Virus record (IMG/VR): IMGVR_UViG_3300045988_074170
Length of the DNA stretch: 64,000 bases
Direction: 5' to 3' (one strand)
Source: a virus
Shown here: in pieces, positions 44,378 through 54,717 of the stretch
How the letters are laid out: each line of letters begins with the position of its first letter
Numbering within the stretch: the first letter of the stretch is position 1
Notes under the pieces: model-generated
Seen by the model: only the letters and a program-made list of their open reading frames with translations
Database searches by the model: none
Told to the model about the DNA's origin: nothing
Position numbers and translations under genes: made by a program

Positions 44378-45340
44378 CTAAATTGTTTGGGTGATTAATT
44401 CTTCAAGTTCTTCAGCAAGGTCAGGGTCATTCAAGATAACCTCTCTTGCCTTTTCAGCTCCCTGTGCAAGTGTCTTTCCTTTGTACTTAAAGAACGACCC
44501 TGCCTTCTCAATAACGTTTCGTTCGACGCCAACTGATAACAGCTCTGAAGCCTTATCAATTCCCTCACCGAAGCGAATGTCGAACTCGGCTTTCCTGAAC
44601 GGAGGCGCAACCTTATTCTTCTCAACTTTCACCTTGATGTGGTTAGCGGTTTCTTCACCACGGTCTCCAACTGTACCCGACTTCGCAATGTCCAACACCT
44701 GTGAAGAGTAGAAGCCAAGAGCCTTTCCTCCCGGAGTCGTCTTCGGTGAACCGTACACCACGCCAATCTTGTCACGATACTGATTGATGAAGATAACCAA
44801 CTGTTGGTTCAGTTTAATATCACCAATCAATCCGGGAAGCCACGTAGCCATAAGCCGAGCCAGCACGCCCATCTTAGCATCACCCACATCGGCTTCCAAA
44901 TAACATTTAGGGAACATTGCCGCCACCGAGTCCATCACGATTGCTCCGATTGCTTTCGACTTAACAGCCTCTCTCATGATTTCGAAACATTCTTCCGCAA
45001 CTCCTGGCTGGCACAGAATAAACATCTCCGGAGATATGTTCACCCCCAGTGCTTCTACATAATCCATGTCAATTGCGTTTTCACGGTCTATGTAGAGAAC
45101 CGCTTTGCCTGTCTGTTCCTGTATGTTCTTACAGGCTGTCAGAGCCAACGTAGTCTTTCCCGAAGACTCGTAGCCACGCAATTCAATGATACGACCCATC
45201 GCATAACCGCCACCAAGTGCCAAGTCGAGCGACAGGCTTCCTGACGATACGAACTCTACTCCTTGAGTATTGTTTCCCGCCACAACTTCTTTGCCGAACT
45301 TCTTTTGTAGGGAGTTCACCAAATCTTCTACTCCTGCCAT
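44378..45340 (-). CDS. recA: RecA-family recombinase
   Basis: SGSLSLDLALGGGYAMGRIIELRGYESSGKTTLAL, IGAIVMDSVAAM, and the loop region GSPKTTPGGKALGFYSS. Confidence 0.9.
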   Translation of the reverse strand: MAGVEDLVNSLQKKFGKEVVAGNNTQGVEFVSSGSLSLDLALGGGYAMGRIIELRGYESSGKTTLALTACKNIQEQTGKAVLYIDRENAIDMDYVEALGVNISPEMFILCQPGVAEECFEIMREAVKSKAIGAIVMDSVAAMFPKCYLEADVGDAKMGVLARLMATWLPGLIGDIKLNQQLVIFINQYRDKIGVVYGSPKTTPGGKALGFYSSQVLDIAKSGTVGDRGEETANHIKVKVEKNKVAPPFRKAEFDIRFGEGIDKASELLSVGVERNVIEKAGSFFKYKGKTLAQGAEKAREVILNDPDLAEELEELITQTI

Positions 45341-46362
45341 TGCATTACTTCTTTTAATAGTTTATATCCTTCATCATATTCGTAGCCTTTTTCATCGCAA
45401 AATGCTTTGAACTTTTCGGCTATATCTGTTCCGGACAGTTCCTGAACCACTTCGGCTTCCTCAGCCTCCGTGACTTCGACATCCGTGTACTTTGCTTTCA
45501 CTGAGATACCGTGTTCGGTGAAGACTTTTTTGTTGACAGCCTTAACAGCCTGTTGGTCTCCCACAAGTGTTATCCGAACGTTGACGCCATCTGTGTTCGT
45601 TTTAGCGAGTTTTAATATCTCTTCCTTTGAGGTCTTAAGGACATCAACTTTTATTTCCTTATACGGAACAAATTGAGCCTTTACGAACTCGAAGGACGTA
45701 TCGCTGTACAATACCGTGAATCCCTTCTCCTCATCTTCCCCGAAGTTATTCTGACGGGTACTCGGTAGGTGAAACACGTTGGCTCCTGGTTGCTGAGCGT
45801 CATGATAGTGCCCTAACATCACCTTTCCATATTTCTTGAACAGGTTCAGCGGGATACGGTTGTTCACTACCTTTCCATCGTTATTGATAGAACCCTGTAC
45901 GGCTGTATGACTGAATAAGATTGATTTCTTTGAATGAGGAGTAGGAAGCTCCCCAAACTTCTCAAGCCAAATATCCTGACTGTAAAATGGAACAAAATGA
46001 CATTCCACACCCTGTATCTCAATAGTCGTAGGAACTTCAAACAGGTTGAATCCTGGGTGATATCTGTACTGGGTCAAGAAACTTTCGTCAGACTCATAAT
46101 CCGTCTTGTCATGGTTTCCAGGAATACAATAGATTGTTATGCCGGATGCGCTGTACAGTTCAATCATCTCTGTTAGACAGGTGAGAAGTTCCTGACGTTG
46201 GCTTAGTCTGGAGTCGAATATGTCACCGAGCCAAATTACGACCGAGACCCCCATCCGTTGAGCTAATGCTATTTCCTGTTCCGCTATATCAAGCAGTTCG
46301 ACAGCATTCGACTCCTGAAGATGTTTGTCTGTACTAATTATTGCGATTGGTTCTTTATTCAT
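45328..46362 (-). CDS. Mre11/SbcD-like nuclease
   Basis: Calcineurin-like phosphoesterase motifs are ISTDKH, LGDIFD, GNHD and GHYH. Confidence 0.8.
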   Translation of the reverse strand: MNKEPIAIISTDKHLQESNAVELLDIAEQEIALAQRMGVSVVIWLGDIFDSRLSQRQELLTCLTEMIELYSASGITIYCIPGNHDKTDYESDESFLTQYRYHPGFNLFEVPTTIEIQGVECHFVPFYSQDIWLEKFGELPTPHSKKSILFSHTAVQGSINNDGKVVNNRIPLNLFKKYGKVMLGHYHDAQQPGANVFHLPSTRQNNFGEDEEKGFTVLYSDTSFEFVKAQFVPYKEIKVDVLKTSKEEILKLAKTNTDGVNVRITLVGDQQAVKAVNKKVFTEHGISVKAKYTDVEVTEAEEAEVVQELSGTDIAEKFKAFCDEKGYEYDEGYKLLKEVMQWQE

Positions 46363-46425
46363 TGTCGAAATATTTAAAATGAAAGTCCAAGTGTATAACG
46401 CTTGGACTCTCTTTCTGTACCTGAA

Positions 46426-47871
46426 TCAAATGTTACTTTTTCTTCGCACGCGCATAGCACGGATACGGTCAATGGCACTTTGACCAGATGCGCTACCAGC
46501 GTCGGCTGGAGCTTTTACTCCGGAAGCCGGAGTTTCATCTTCTGGTTCGGGGTCGGGTTCATCACCACCGTCATTGTCCCCAGCGTACTCTTCACCACCA
46601 TCGGAATCACCGTCATCAGAACCATCCCATCCGGGAACGTGTTCAATATCGTATCCGAGGTCTTCGTGTTTCAGAGCCAACTGATAAGCCTCTTCAAGTT
46701 CTTCACCCTCAAGCTCCAACTCTTCGTATCCTTCGCCGTACTGGCGAATGAACTCTTCGTTGACAACTTTCAGTTTCTCTTCCGGAGTAGGTTCAGCAGG
46801 TTTCTTCTTCGCTGCGGCTTTCTTCGGTGCAGGAACCGAAGCCTTGGCTGTCGGTGCTTTCTTAGAAGCAGGAGCTGCAGCAGGTTTCTTTTCCTCTTCG
46901 CTCGGGCCGAAAGGTAAGTCATCAGCACCAGACGGTTTGTCGCCTGTCTTTTCTTCTACCATTTCCTGAAGTTGTTCAATCATGTCAAGGAAGTCATCCT
47001 GTGCGAAAATCTGATACTGGTTAGCATCGTCGAAACGCTTCAGACCGTCAAGAGCATAATCGAAGTCTCTTTTCGTATAGCAGTCCACGTACAGTTTCTG
47101 AAGGCTGGGGAGACCGTCAAGTTCTTCCAATACCTTGTCAGGAACAGCGTTCTTGTCGAAGTAGTCTTCCCAAGTCTGACCCATTTTCAACGGCAACGAT
47201 TTCAGTGTTTCTACTGTCTTGTTATTGTCGTCTTTTTCACGACTCCATTGAATAGGGAAGCCAGTTGACGGGTCGCTGAACATATCCACAGCAGCGGTGT
47301 CGTTCTGGGCACAAAGGTCAGCAGACTCTTTGTTCAGTGCTTCCATCTGTTTCGGTTTCAGGCTGTCTCGCCAAATCTTTCCTTCGATGAGCGCATAATA
47401 CACGTATTCCAATTGAGGACGAATTCCCGGAACCCACGTACCGTTCTTTCCACCCATACGATAACCCGTAATCGGGTTCAGGAAGCGAGCACGTTCTTCT
47501 TTGTCCTGGAACTGTTCAGCCTGTTCGTAGACACGCTTGATGTACTCTTCGATGATGTCGTACGGATAACCACCGTGAAGCGTCGCCAAGAAGATTTTCT
47601 TGTTTGAGATTTTCTTCCCGATAACTTTTCCTTCCTTGTCCTTTTCGTCGACTTCACACTTGAGCATCGCTGTCAGCATAGGCACGTAGGGAGAGTCTCC
47701 TGGTTCGTGTGCCGGAAGAACACGTTTCACGGTGATACCGTCTCTTTGTTTCCAGAATTGTGCATAATCACCTTTACCACCAAAATAGGTGTCGAACTGT
47801 TTGGTTTGCTGAACCGTCTCACTAACAGTTGAGAGCGGTGCTGCCTTCCATTTACTTCTGTCTAATGGCAT
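46426..47871 (-). CDS. possible gp32-like ssDNA-binding protein with a low-complexity basic and acidic C-terminal region
   Basis: DGITVKRVLPAHEPGDSPYVPML resembles the T4 gp32 segment AVIRFLPSKNDEQAPFAIL. The basic tract is KKPAAAPASKKAPTAKASVPAPKKAAAKKKP and the acidic tract is DGSDDGDSDGGEEYAGDNDGGDEPDPEPEDE. Its position in the recombination module fits. Confidence 0.4.
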   Translation of the reverse strand: MPLDRSKWKAAPLSTVSETVQQTKQFDTYFGGKGDYAQFWKQRDGITVKRVLPAHEPGDSPYVPMLTAMLKCEVDEKDKEGKVIGKKISNKKIFLATLHGGYPYDIIEEYIKRVYEQAEQFQDKEERARFLNPITGYRMGGKNGTWVPGIRPQLEYVYYALIEGKIWRDSLKPKQMEALNKESADLCAQNDTAAVDMFSDPSTGFPIQWSREKDDNNKTVETLKSLPLKMGQTWEDYFDKNAVPDKVLEELDGLPSLQKLYVDCYTKRDFDYALDGLKRFDDANQYQIFAQDDFLDMIEQLQEMVEEKTGDKPSGADDLPFGPSEEEKKPAAAPASKKAPTAKASVPAPKKAAAKKKPAEPTPEEKLKVVNEEFIRQYGEGYEELELEGEELEEAYQLALKHEDLGYDIEHVPGWDGSDDGDSDGGEEYAGDNDGGDEPDPEPEDETPASGVKAPADAGSASGQSAIDRIRAMRVRRKSNI

Positions 47872-47898
47872 AATACTAAATTTTTAAAATGTTGATAA

Positions 47899-48225
47899 TT
47901 ATCTGTTTTCCTTCACTATTCGTGTAACGTCTTCGAGGAACTTCTGTTCGTAACTCTTAATAGATTCCATCAGTTCGATGATGTCCTCAGCCTCTTGTCC
48001 GGCACATTTGTTGGCGATTGACTGTAATGCTCTCGGGAGCGTACAACCATAAGCCATGTCATCCATTTTTCCATTAGGATGGCGAGGACTGTCAGACTTC
48101 TTTAATTGGTAAACGTCATAACTTGATGCGTGACTTTCAACTGGTTTCAGGTAGAATCCGTCTGTGACTTTGATGTAACCTTTGAATTCTTCTACTGCGC
48201 TGGATTGAACTGTTTTCTTTGCCAT
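47899..48225 (-). CDS. hypothetical protein (108 aa)
   Basis: ORF downstream of promoter 48266..48296. Confidence 0.55.
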   Translation of the reverse strand: MAKKTVQSSAVEEFKGYIKVTDGFYLKPVESHASSYDVYQLKKSDSPRHPNGKMDDMAYGCTLPRALQSIANKCAGQEAEDIIELMESIKSYEQKFLEDVTRIVKENR

Positions 48226-48265
48226 AATTCTAATTATTTGAATGTTTAACTTAAATTTGATGATA

Positions 48266-48296
48266 CAAAGGTAATGGAATCATTCGAATTATCAAA
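48266..48296 (-). promoter_or_regulatory. Bacteroidota-type promoter (TTTG-N19-TACCTTTG)
   Basis: -33 at 48296..48293; -7 at 48273..48266. Confidence 0.7.
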
Positions 48297-48324
48297 GAAG
48301 TTCCCCGAAAATTCTTCGAAAAAT

Positions 48325-48873
48325 TTATTTGAACCCTGCTTTCTTGATAAAGAAACTGTTTACTTTACCCTCTACCAATTCCCCGAGGAACTCCGTTGGG
48401 GTGACAGGTTTAAGGAGATTGTTCAGTTTCTTAGACTTGTCCTGAACCGCCCACTGAAGTGCGTCAAGAACACTGAAATTCTTCTGAGCGTCAATATACG
48501 CAATACAGAGATTCTGATAGTCTTCGTCAAGTAGGAGAGCCTCGTCAAGAGCCTTTTCCGACAACTTGATTTCCTCAACTTCCCCGTCTTCCAAAGCCAA
48601 CGTGAACTTTCCGCCATTACGGTTCGCCTCGCGACGCCATTCCTTCTTTGTCTGGGCTTCGTAAACCTCTTTCTCGAGTTTACATTCCGCGACTTTCTTT
48701 TCGGCTTCAGCACGGAGCAACCCTACTTTGTTCAGGAGCGCACTGACTGTAACCGCTTCACCATATAAATTGCTGTACTCAATAGAAGTGAGTTTATCAA
48801 TGTCAACCGTGTCCTCAAATCCATTTGTTTGTAATGTCACTGGGACATCATTGAAATGCACAAGAATGTTCAT
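48325..48873 (-). CDS. hypothetical protein (182 aa)
   Basis: ORF directly downstream of the polymerase gene. Confidence 0.55.
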   Translation of the reverse strand: MNILVHFNDVPVTLQTNGFEDTVDIDKLTSIEYSNLYGEAVTVSALLNKVGLLRAEAEKKVAECKLEKEVYEAQTKKEWRREANRNGGKFTLALEDGEVEEIKLSEKALDEALLLDEDYQNLCIAYIDAQKNFSVLDALQWAVQDKSKKLNNLLKPVTPTEFLGELVEGKVNSFFIKKAGFK

Positions 48874-48900
48874 AATTTTCTTCCTTTTATCTTAGTAAAT

Positions 48901-51900
48901 TTATAACGTCAAAGTAACGATATTCGACTCGAAACAGGCTCTCAGCGTGTTCACCTCTTTACGGTTGTCGTAGGAAAGGATACCATTGATGAGTATCAGG
49001 TTCGCTCTTCCGCACGATAACAGGGGTTCCAACTGTTCGTATTCCTGCTGGAATATCACAATTTCGATGAACTCGTAGTTCTCCTCTAATATCAAACGAC
49101 ACATCGTATCCCCCTTGCGGGTCTTCTTAATCTCCATTTCAGCGATGAACCCAGCCAACACGACGTACCCGTTATTCGGCTTCACTTCCGTGTCGTGACA
49201 CTCCTCAAGAGTAGCATATTCGTAGGCATCAGGGAACTCCCCAGCGAACCTGTCATATATTTTCTGGTAATCAAAGAACGCCAGTCCGGATACTTTCTTT
49301 TGTAGGAGTGCCCACCACCACGCGTCATTGGCGTGGAAGTCGGCTCCAACTAATACAGGGTCATCTTCCTTGACATTTCCCTTCGTTGTTCCGAGGAAGT
49401 GTACAAACAGGTCTATTCGTTCCTGGGGTTTCTTTACCCCCTCAAGACTGTCGAACGCTCCTGCCAATATCAAGTTTCTGATGATACGACTGTTCACTGC
49501 TGAACCCTTCCATTTATGTCGGGTGATAAAGTCGTCTAATGACCAATATTGACCGTTCTCTGTGCGTTCCTTTATAATCTGGGTTGCAGCCTTTTCTGCG
49601 ACCTGTTTGACTCCTGTAATTGACCAATACAAGGCTTTCTCTTTGAAGTTGATAACAACATCGGTATCCGATATATTGATATCCACAGGACGTACCGTAC
49701 AGACTCCCGTTTTATTGATTTCCGCAATATAGCGTGAATAGTCAGACTCCATCGCATATTTAAACGCCACCGACCAATACTCAATAGGATAGTGAACCTT
49801 TATCCACTGAGAGATATAGCCTGTAATTGCATAGGCAGCAGCGTGGCTTCGGTTGAACAGGTACGTCGAAGCCTTATCAATAGCGTCCCACACCTTTTCG
49901 GAGTATTCCTGGGTGACGTTATAGTTGTCCCGATAGTAAGGAATAAACCGTTCTTTGTACTGCTGGAGAGCCTCGTATTTCTTCTTCACCATCGCTTTAC
50001 GAACGTCATCGGCTTCCACCAACGACAGCCCACCCAACTCACGACAGAGTTGCATGATTTGTTCCTGATAGGCAAATACTCCATACGTGTTATTCAGTAT
50101 CTTGTCCGTTCCGGTGAAATACTCAACCTCCTTCTGACCCTCTTTACGGGAGACGTACTCGTTATGGAAGTTGTTCTCCATTGCTCCTGGGCGATACAAT
50201 GAAATAGCAGCGATAAGGTCTTCAATATTGTCTGGCTTCATCTGACGACAATAACCTGTCAATCCGGAACTACCAAAGTGGAAGTTATCCTCGTTCCAAC
50301 CATTCTTGAAATACCTGTACACCTCTGGGTCATCCAACGGCACACTGAAGATGTCTAAATCCACACCCTCGTGCTCCTTCACCAGCCGAACCATGTCCTG
50401 GAACTTGTCGAACTGTTTCACACCCAGCACGTCCTCTTTTAGGAAGCCAGCAGCATCCATCTCACCACCTTCCCACTCGGTTACATACTCCTCGCCATTC
50501 TTACGAATAGGAACCCAATGAAACATATCGTGTTCCTCTGGGAATACCATCATCGCACAGGCATGAATTGACTGAGCCTTTGGTGCGGGCATTATCAGCA
50601 TCACTTCATTGATGAGGTCGGAATGTTCAACGACAAAGTTCTTCACTCGTGAATGAGCACAGGCTATCTTGAACAGGTCTTCAGGCTTCCTGTCCTTGAC
50701 GTCAAACACTTTCATCATTTCGTTCGTTTCCTGGAAGTCCAACCCGTACACACGAGCCATATCCTTGATGGCTGCTCGTAACTGTAATGCGCTGTAAGTT
50801 CCCACGGAACACACCTGTTTCCAGCCGTACCGTTCTTCCATGTATTTCTTCACACGGGGACGGTCTTCACCAGGATAGTCGCAGTCAATATCAGGGAGTG
50901 ATACCTTAACACGTCCTGCGTTCAAGAAACGCTCAAAGAGTAGGTCGTATCGCATTGGGTCTAACTTGGTAATCCCCAACAGGTAGGAGACAAGACAACC
51001 ACCAGCCGAACCACGACTGATACCCGTCATTATACCGTTACGATGGCACCAGTTGATAATGTCCCAAGTAATTAGGAAGTAGTCAATTGCTTCCCCTAAC
51101 TTTATAACACCCACCTCTCGGTCTATTCGTTCCATAATGACCTTTTCACCCCAATCCTCAATGAGGTCTGGGTGACGCTCAAGACCGTCGGCTATAAGAG
51201 ACCAAAAGAGGTCTTCATTTGTTTCGAACTGTTTTGCCTCTTCCTTTGTCATCTTATAGTGAGGCAAGTGTCTCTTCTTTACGTCGATGACAAAGGTTAT
51301 CGCCTCAGCAATGTTTTCGAGGAATTCCAACCCTTCCATGAAACGGCTGTACACGTCCATGAACCCTTCTTCGGTATCCGGAAACATTTGAGCCAACTCA
51401 ACAAACAGTTGGTCGTTCGATTTAAAGTATTGATTATCGCTCTCGTAGGCAGTTGTTCCACCAATACTATGTAGGCGAGGTCTGATACAACTGTACTCCT
51501 CGTCAAGATACCACGCATCAACCGACGGAACGGGTAACAGGTTCTTGTCCTTGAAGAATTTCTTCAGGTTCGTCAGATACCATTCGTCACGGTTATCATC
51601 TACATATTCGCATGGGTCTAACTGATAAACGGCAGCGTCTATATGCAAGTCTTTCAACTTGTCGTAATCCGTTGTCTTCGGGTCAAGAAACATAATCAAA
51701 TCATCGTTGTTAGTGGTGATTTTATTGAAATCCTCAAGACCGATGTACTTCGGATTGTCACAGTTGATGAACTTGTTTATAGTAAGGAGGTCTCGCCAAC
51801 CCTTGTCGTTCCTTGCGTACACCTTAACAGTGAAGCGGAAATCCCGAGGCTGGTCATATACCACACACTCCATACCAATCACGCTCTTGATGTCGTTCTT

Positions 51901-52401
51901 CTGGCATTCCGCTTGGAACTTCAACGCTCCGGCAAGTGAATTCTTTTCACAGATACCCAACGTCTTCACTCCAAGAAACTTTGCCTTCTTACACCAGTCG
52001 GCATACGTTCCCGTCCCGGACATCATTTCATATTGACCATGAACTCCCAAGAATACAGGGGTTTCAATTTCCTGTTTCGCCTGACCGATATATTTCAGCC
52101 GTGTGAGTTTCACGTCATTCTCTTTACCTTTGGCGAGCATATAATACACTCCTCCAAAACTGAATGCGTAGAAGTCACATGATGTTTCGACGGATTCCTC
52201 TCCCGAGCCTTTACGCTTCGGGTCGGCAGGAATACCAACAAAGTTGAACCCGTCATCAAACAGTGCACCGTCATACGCTGGCTGATACAATTCAAAGGTC
52301 TTCCCTCCTATCTCGACCACATAGTCAGAAATAGGAGCGAAGTCCATTAAATTCTTCTCAAGATATTCTTTGAATTTATCCATTGATTTTCTGCTTAACA
52401 A
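48901..52401 (-). CDS. dnaE: DNA polymerase III alpha-subunit-type (family C, DnaE-like) polymerase
   Basis: An N-terminal PHP region is followed by GSAGGCLVSYLLGIT, LPDIDCDY and FNRSHAAAYA. The ORF is 1166 aa and uninterrupted. Confidence 0.9.
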   Translation of the reverse strand: MLSRKSMDKFKEYLEKNLMDFAPISDYVVEIGGKTFELYQPAYDGALFDDGFNFVGIPADPKRKGSGEESVETSCDFYAFSFGGVYYMLAKGKENDVKLTRLKYIGQAKQEIETPVFLGVHGQYEMMSGTGTYADWCKKAKFLGVKTLGICEKNSLAGALKFQAECQKNDIKSVIGMECVVYDQPRDFRFTVKVYARNDKGWRDLLTINKFINCDNPKYIGLEDFNKITTNNDDLIMFLDPKTTDYDKLKDLHIDAAVYQLDPCEYVDDNRDEWYLTNLKKFFKDKNLLPVPSVDAWYLDEEYSCIRPRLHSIGGTTAYESDNQYFKSNDQLFVELAQMFPDTEEGFMDVYSRFMEGLEFLENIAEAITFVIDVKKRHLPHYKMTKEEAKQFETNEDLFWSLIADGLERHPDLIEDWGEKVIMERIDREVGVIKLGEAIDYFLITWDIINWCHRNGIMTGISRGSAGGCLVSYLLGITKLDPMRYDLLFERFLNAGRVKVSLPDIDCDYPGEDRPRVKKYMEERYGWKQVCSVGTYSALQLRAAIKDMARVYGLDFQETNEMMKVFDVKDRKPEDLFKIACAHSRVKNFVVEHSDLINEVMLIMPAPKAQSIHACAMMVFPEEHDMFHWVPIRKNGEEYVTEWEGGEMDAAGFLKEDVLGVKQFDKFQDMVRLVKEHEGVDLDIFSVPLDDPEVYRYFKNGWNEDNFHFGSSGLTGYCRQMKPDNIEDLIAAISLYRPGAMENNFHNEYVSRKEGQKEVEYFTGTDKILNNTYGVFAYQEQIMQLCRELGGLSLVEADDVRKAMVKKKYEALQQYKERFIPYYRDNYNVTQEYSEKVWDAIDKASTYLFNRSHAAAYAITGYISQWIKVHYPIEYWSVAFKYAMESDYSRYIAEINKTGVCTVRPVDINISDTDVVINFKEKALYWSITGVKQVAEKAATQIIKERTENGQYWSLDDFITRHKWKGSAVNSRIIRNLILAGAFDSLEGVKKPQERIDLFVHFLGTTKGNVKEDDPVLVGADFHANDAWWWALLQKKVSGLAFFDYQKIYDRFAGEFPDAYEYATLEECHDTEVKPNNGYVVLAGFIAEMEIKKTRKGDTMCRLILEENYEFIEIVIFQQEYEQLEPLLSCGRANLILINGILSYDNRKEVNTLRACFESNIVTLTL

Positions 52402-53023
52402 GTTCCGTTATATCGTCACCATCCTTACAACCCAACGACAGGAAGTATTGAGCAAACTTCTCGCTGACATGGTCATTCAATTCATAGGAGTCCGAATGAT
52501 AATCACAGAAGTATATCTGAACTTCTTTACCTGTCGCCTCGGCAACCTTGAAGATAGCCTCAGCCTCACAGTCGAAACGCAATGAGCCAAACACGATATC
52601 GCACATAAGAGCGTCTTCTTCAGACATCTTTGCCCAACTGTTCGTAACAGCGTTTGCCGTCCAACGTGCCCATACGTCTTCTCCAGCCAATGACTTGAGA
52701 TATTCGCCTGTACGCCGTAACAGTTCACGACCCTCAACCCGTACCGAGTCAAGAATATTAGGAGACTCTTCTTGAGGCTTGAACGGTAACAAGATGTCGC
52801 TGCTCAACTGTTTCCACTTCGCATACGCTTCACCCGTACAGTCAATCTTCTTTGATTCCCCTGTAAAGATGTTCATCAACGTCTGGCGAATTCCTTCACT
52901 GAAATCTCCCATAATCATGGGTCGTTCTTCACACGCAGCACCAACCATAAGTGCTTCTGCTTGGTACGATTTACCGGAGCCAATAACCCCTACCAAGCCA
53001 TATATCTTTCCTTTAAGGCTCAT
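52376..53023 (-). CDS. P-loop deoxynucleoside-monophosphate-kinase-like protein
   Basis: Walker A is GVIGSGKSYQAEAL. The size and layout resemble the phage T4 gp1 type. Assignment relies partly on context. Confidence 0.5.
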   Translation of the reverse strand: MSLKGKIYGLVGVIGSGKSYQAEALMVGAACEERPMIMGDFSEGIRQTLMNIFTGESKKIDCTGEAYAKWKQLSSDILLPFKPQEESPNILDSVRVEGRELLRRTGEYLKSLAGEDVWARWTANAVTNSWAKMSEEDALMCDIVFGSLRFDCEAEAIFKVAEATGKEVQIYFCDYHSDSYELNDHVSEKFAQYFLSLGCKDGDDITELVKQKING

Positions 53024-53552
53024 ATTGATTCATGAATTTTTGAATGCTCTTGAAGAGTTTCCAGCCGTCCGTGTACTTCTCCAACAGTTGTTCGCAGTTT
53101 GTGATACAAGTCAATAACTTCTTGGACGTGTTTCCCAGAGCCTGTTCGCTCTTACAGAATATCCATAAGTCCAAATAATCACAGGTCTTGAAAAGACGGT
53201 ACTGGAGGTCAGTCATTGTCTTCTTAATTTCTTCATCGGAATACGGCAACAGGTTCACGTCGCCATAACAGATTTCGTATTCAATGATATCCCATGCCGC
53301 AGCCGTGTTCTCATTGAATTTCTTTACGCACGCATTGAGGTCGCCTGTAACACTTTCCACGTAGTCGTGGAGTAACACCTTGTCAAACACGTTGATGTCG
53401 TAAGCAACGTCCTCTTCTGAGGCAAACCAACGAAATAACATGCCTACCACCAACCCATGCTCCAAGAGGTTGTACCCCCTGTGATGGGGGGTATTAGGCA
53501 ACCTCTGGATGTCTTTCATCCCTAACAGGATGTCAATCTTCTTGAAATTCAT
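53013..53552 (-). CDS. HD-domain 5'-deoxynucleotidase (YfbR-like)
   Basis: RLPNTPHHRGYNLLEHGLVVGML, LLHDYVESVTGDLNACVKKF and TCDYLDLWIFCKSEQALGN are collinear with the E. coli YfbR motifs. Confidence 0.7.
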   Translation of the reverse strand: MNFKKIDILLGMKDIQRLPNTPHHRGYNLLEHGLVVGMLFRWFASEEDVAYDINVFDKVLLHDYVESVTGDLNACVKKFNENTAAAWDIIEYEICYGDVNLLPYSDEEIKKTMTDLQYRLFKTCDYLDLWIFCKSEQALGNTSKKLLTCITNCEQLLEKYTDGWKLFKSIQKFMNQYEP

Positions 53553-53584
53553 AACTAAATTGTCTTTATTTTAGTGGATAATTC

Positions 53585-54703
53585 TTATCCGATGAACAGT
53601 TCGTTCAGTAACGGGTTCCGGAACTCTACCAACTGTTTTGTCCAATAACGGAAGATAACCTTTGCCCAGTCAGAGAACATCTCATCTTCAAACTTTTCAA
53701 TATCCGCACGCAATAACTCGAAGTCCTGTTCTGTACGGTTTTCACTGTTACGACAGTTTTCTTCGAACTGGCTCAACTGAGCGATAAGCGCATCGAACTC
53801 CTCTAAAGTTTTAAACGTCGTCTTATAGGAAAAGTTTACTCCGGAAGGATACGAATTTGGGTCTCTTTTAGCGATTTCTTCAGCCAACGGAATGAAGTCC
53901 TTATAGACATGAAGATTGTCTGCCTTGTGGTAATATTTCCCGACAGGCACGCCCACTATCGCTGCGACGTACTCCTGCATCAATGTAAAGTTGAACACGT
54001 TCACCGCACTGAACCCCCAGATAAGGTCATTCGAACGGATATCCACGTAACAGTTCATCTTTCCATTCACTATCATGAAGTGGATTGAACGGGTACACGG
54101 TGTATCCTTTGTGAGGAGCAATGGAGCCTTTTCCCCGTCCTCTTCATTCTGATTGAAGTTGTCAGAGATAGGGTCGTGAATTGTGATAACCGCTTCACGG
54201 GTATCGATGTCCTGCTTGAACTTTTCAATGACGAACCGTAATTGGTCAGTCACGTTCTGGTACAGTCCGGGAGCCTTCAATTTTGAATAACGACCGTTTT
54301 CGTCTGCTTTACCGTTCTTATACTGTCGCGGAAGTAACTTTCCGGACAATGTTACCATCGAATCAAAATTGTCCCCGTAACGACGTATTCTGGGTCCATA
54401 TCCCGCTCTCATGAACTTCCCATCATCTGAAAAGTTTACAAGGTTCTTCACGTAGGAAGCAGGCATCTCAAGACTGTTATCCCCACGAGCCAACCACAGG
54501 GACTCAATCCACCCCAATGTTTTGTTCCATTTACGCTCCGGAACACGAACATAGCGGTCGGTCGGATTAGTTATCTCAATGAGGACGGCTCCAGGGAACT
54601 CACGACATTCGAACCCTCTTCGGGTAACGTCAATCCCTTTATCCATCAATTCCTTACAAAGTAGCACCAGCGCACTACTCAAATTTTCTGCTTGAAAATA
54701 CAT
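53585..54703 (-). CDS. thymidylate-synthase-fold enzyme, uracil-specific (ThyA or dUMP hydroxymethylase)
   Basis: DTPCTRSIHFMIVNGKMNCYVDIRSNDLIWGFSAVNVFNFTLMQEY...ADNLHVY aligns with E. coli PPCHAFFQFYV...QRSCDVFLGLPFNIASY...GDTHLY. The Asn equivalent to N177 is retained rather than replaced by Asp, which points to dUMP rather than dCMP as substrate. Confidence 0.75.
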   Translation of the reverse strand: MYFQAENLSSALVLLCKELMDKGIDVTRRGFECREFPGAVLIEITNPTDRYVRVPERKWNKTLGWIESLWLARGDNSLEMPASYVKNLVNFSDDGKFMRAGYGPRIRRYGDNFDSMVTLSGKLLPRQYKNGKADENGRYSKLKAPGLYQNVTDQLRFVIEKFKQDIDTREAVITIHDPISDNFNQNEEDGEKAPLLLTKDTPCTRSIHFMIVNGKMNCYVDIRSNDLIWGFSAVNVFNFTLMQEYVAAIVGVPVGKYYHKADNLHVYKDFIPLAEEIAKRDPNSYPSGVNFSYKTTFKTLEEFDALIAQLSQFEENCRNSENRTEQDFELLRADIEKFEDEMFSDWAKVIFRYWTKQLVEFRNPLLNELFIG

Positions 54704-54717
54704 AAGTCTTTCTTGAT

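Noticed and set aside
48901-52401. A possible intein in the DnaE-type polymerase or in the DnaB-like helicase (61696..63339), since these proteins commonly host inteins.
   Set aside because: Both proteins read collinearly through their conserved motifs. Neither contains a Cys/Ser...HN-Cys/Ser/Thr-bounded insert or an endonuclease block.
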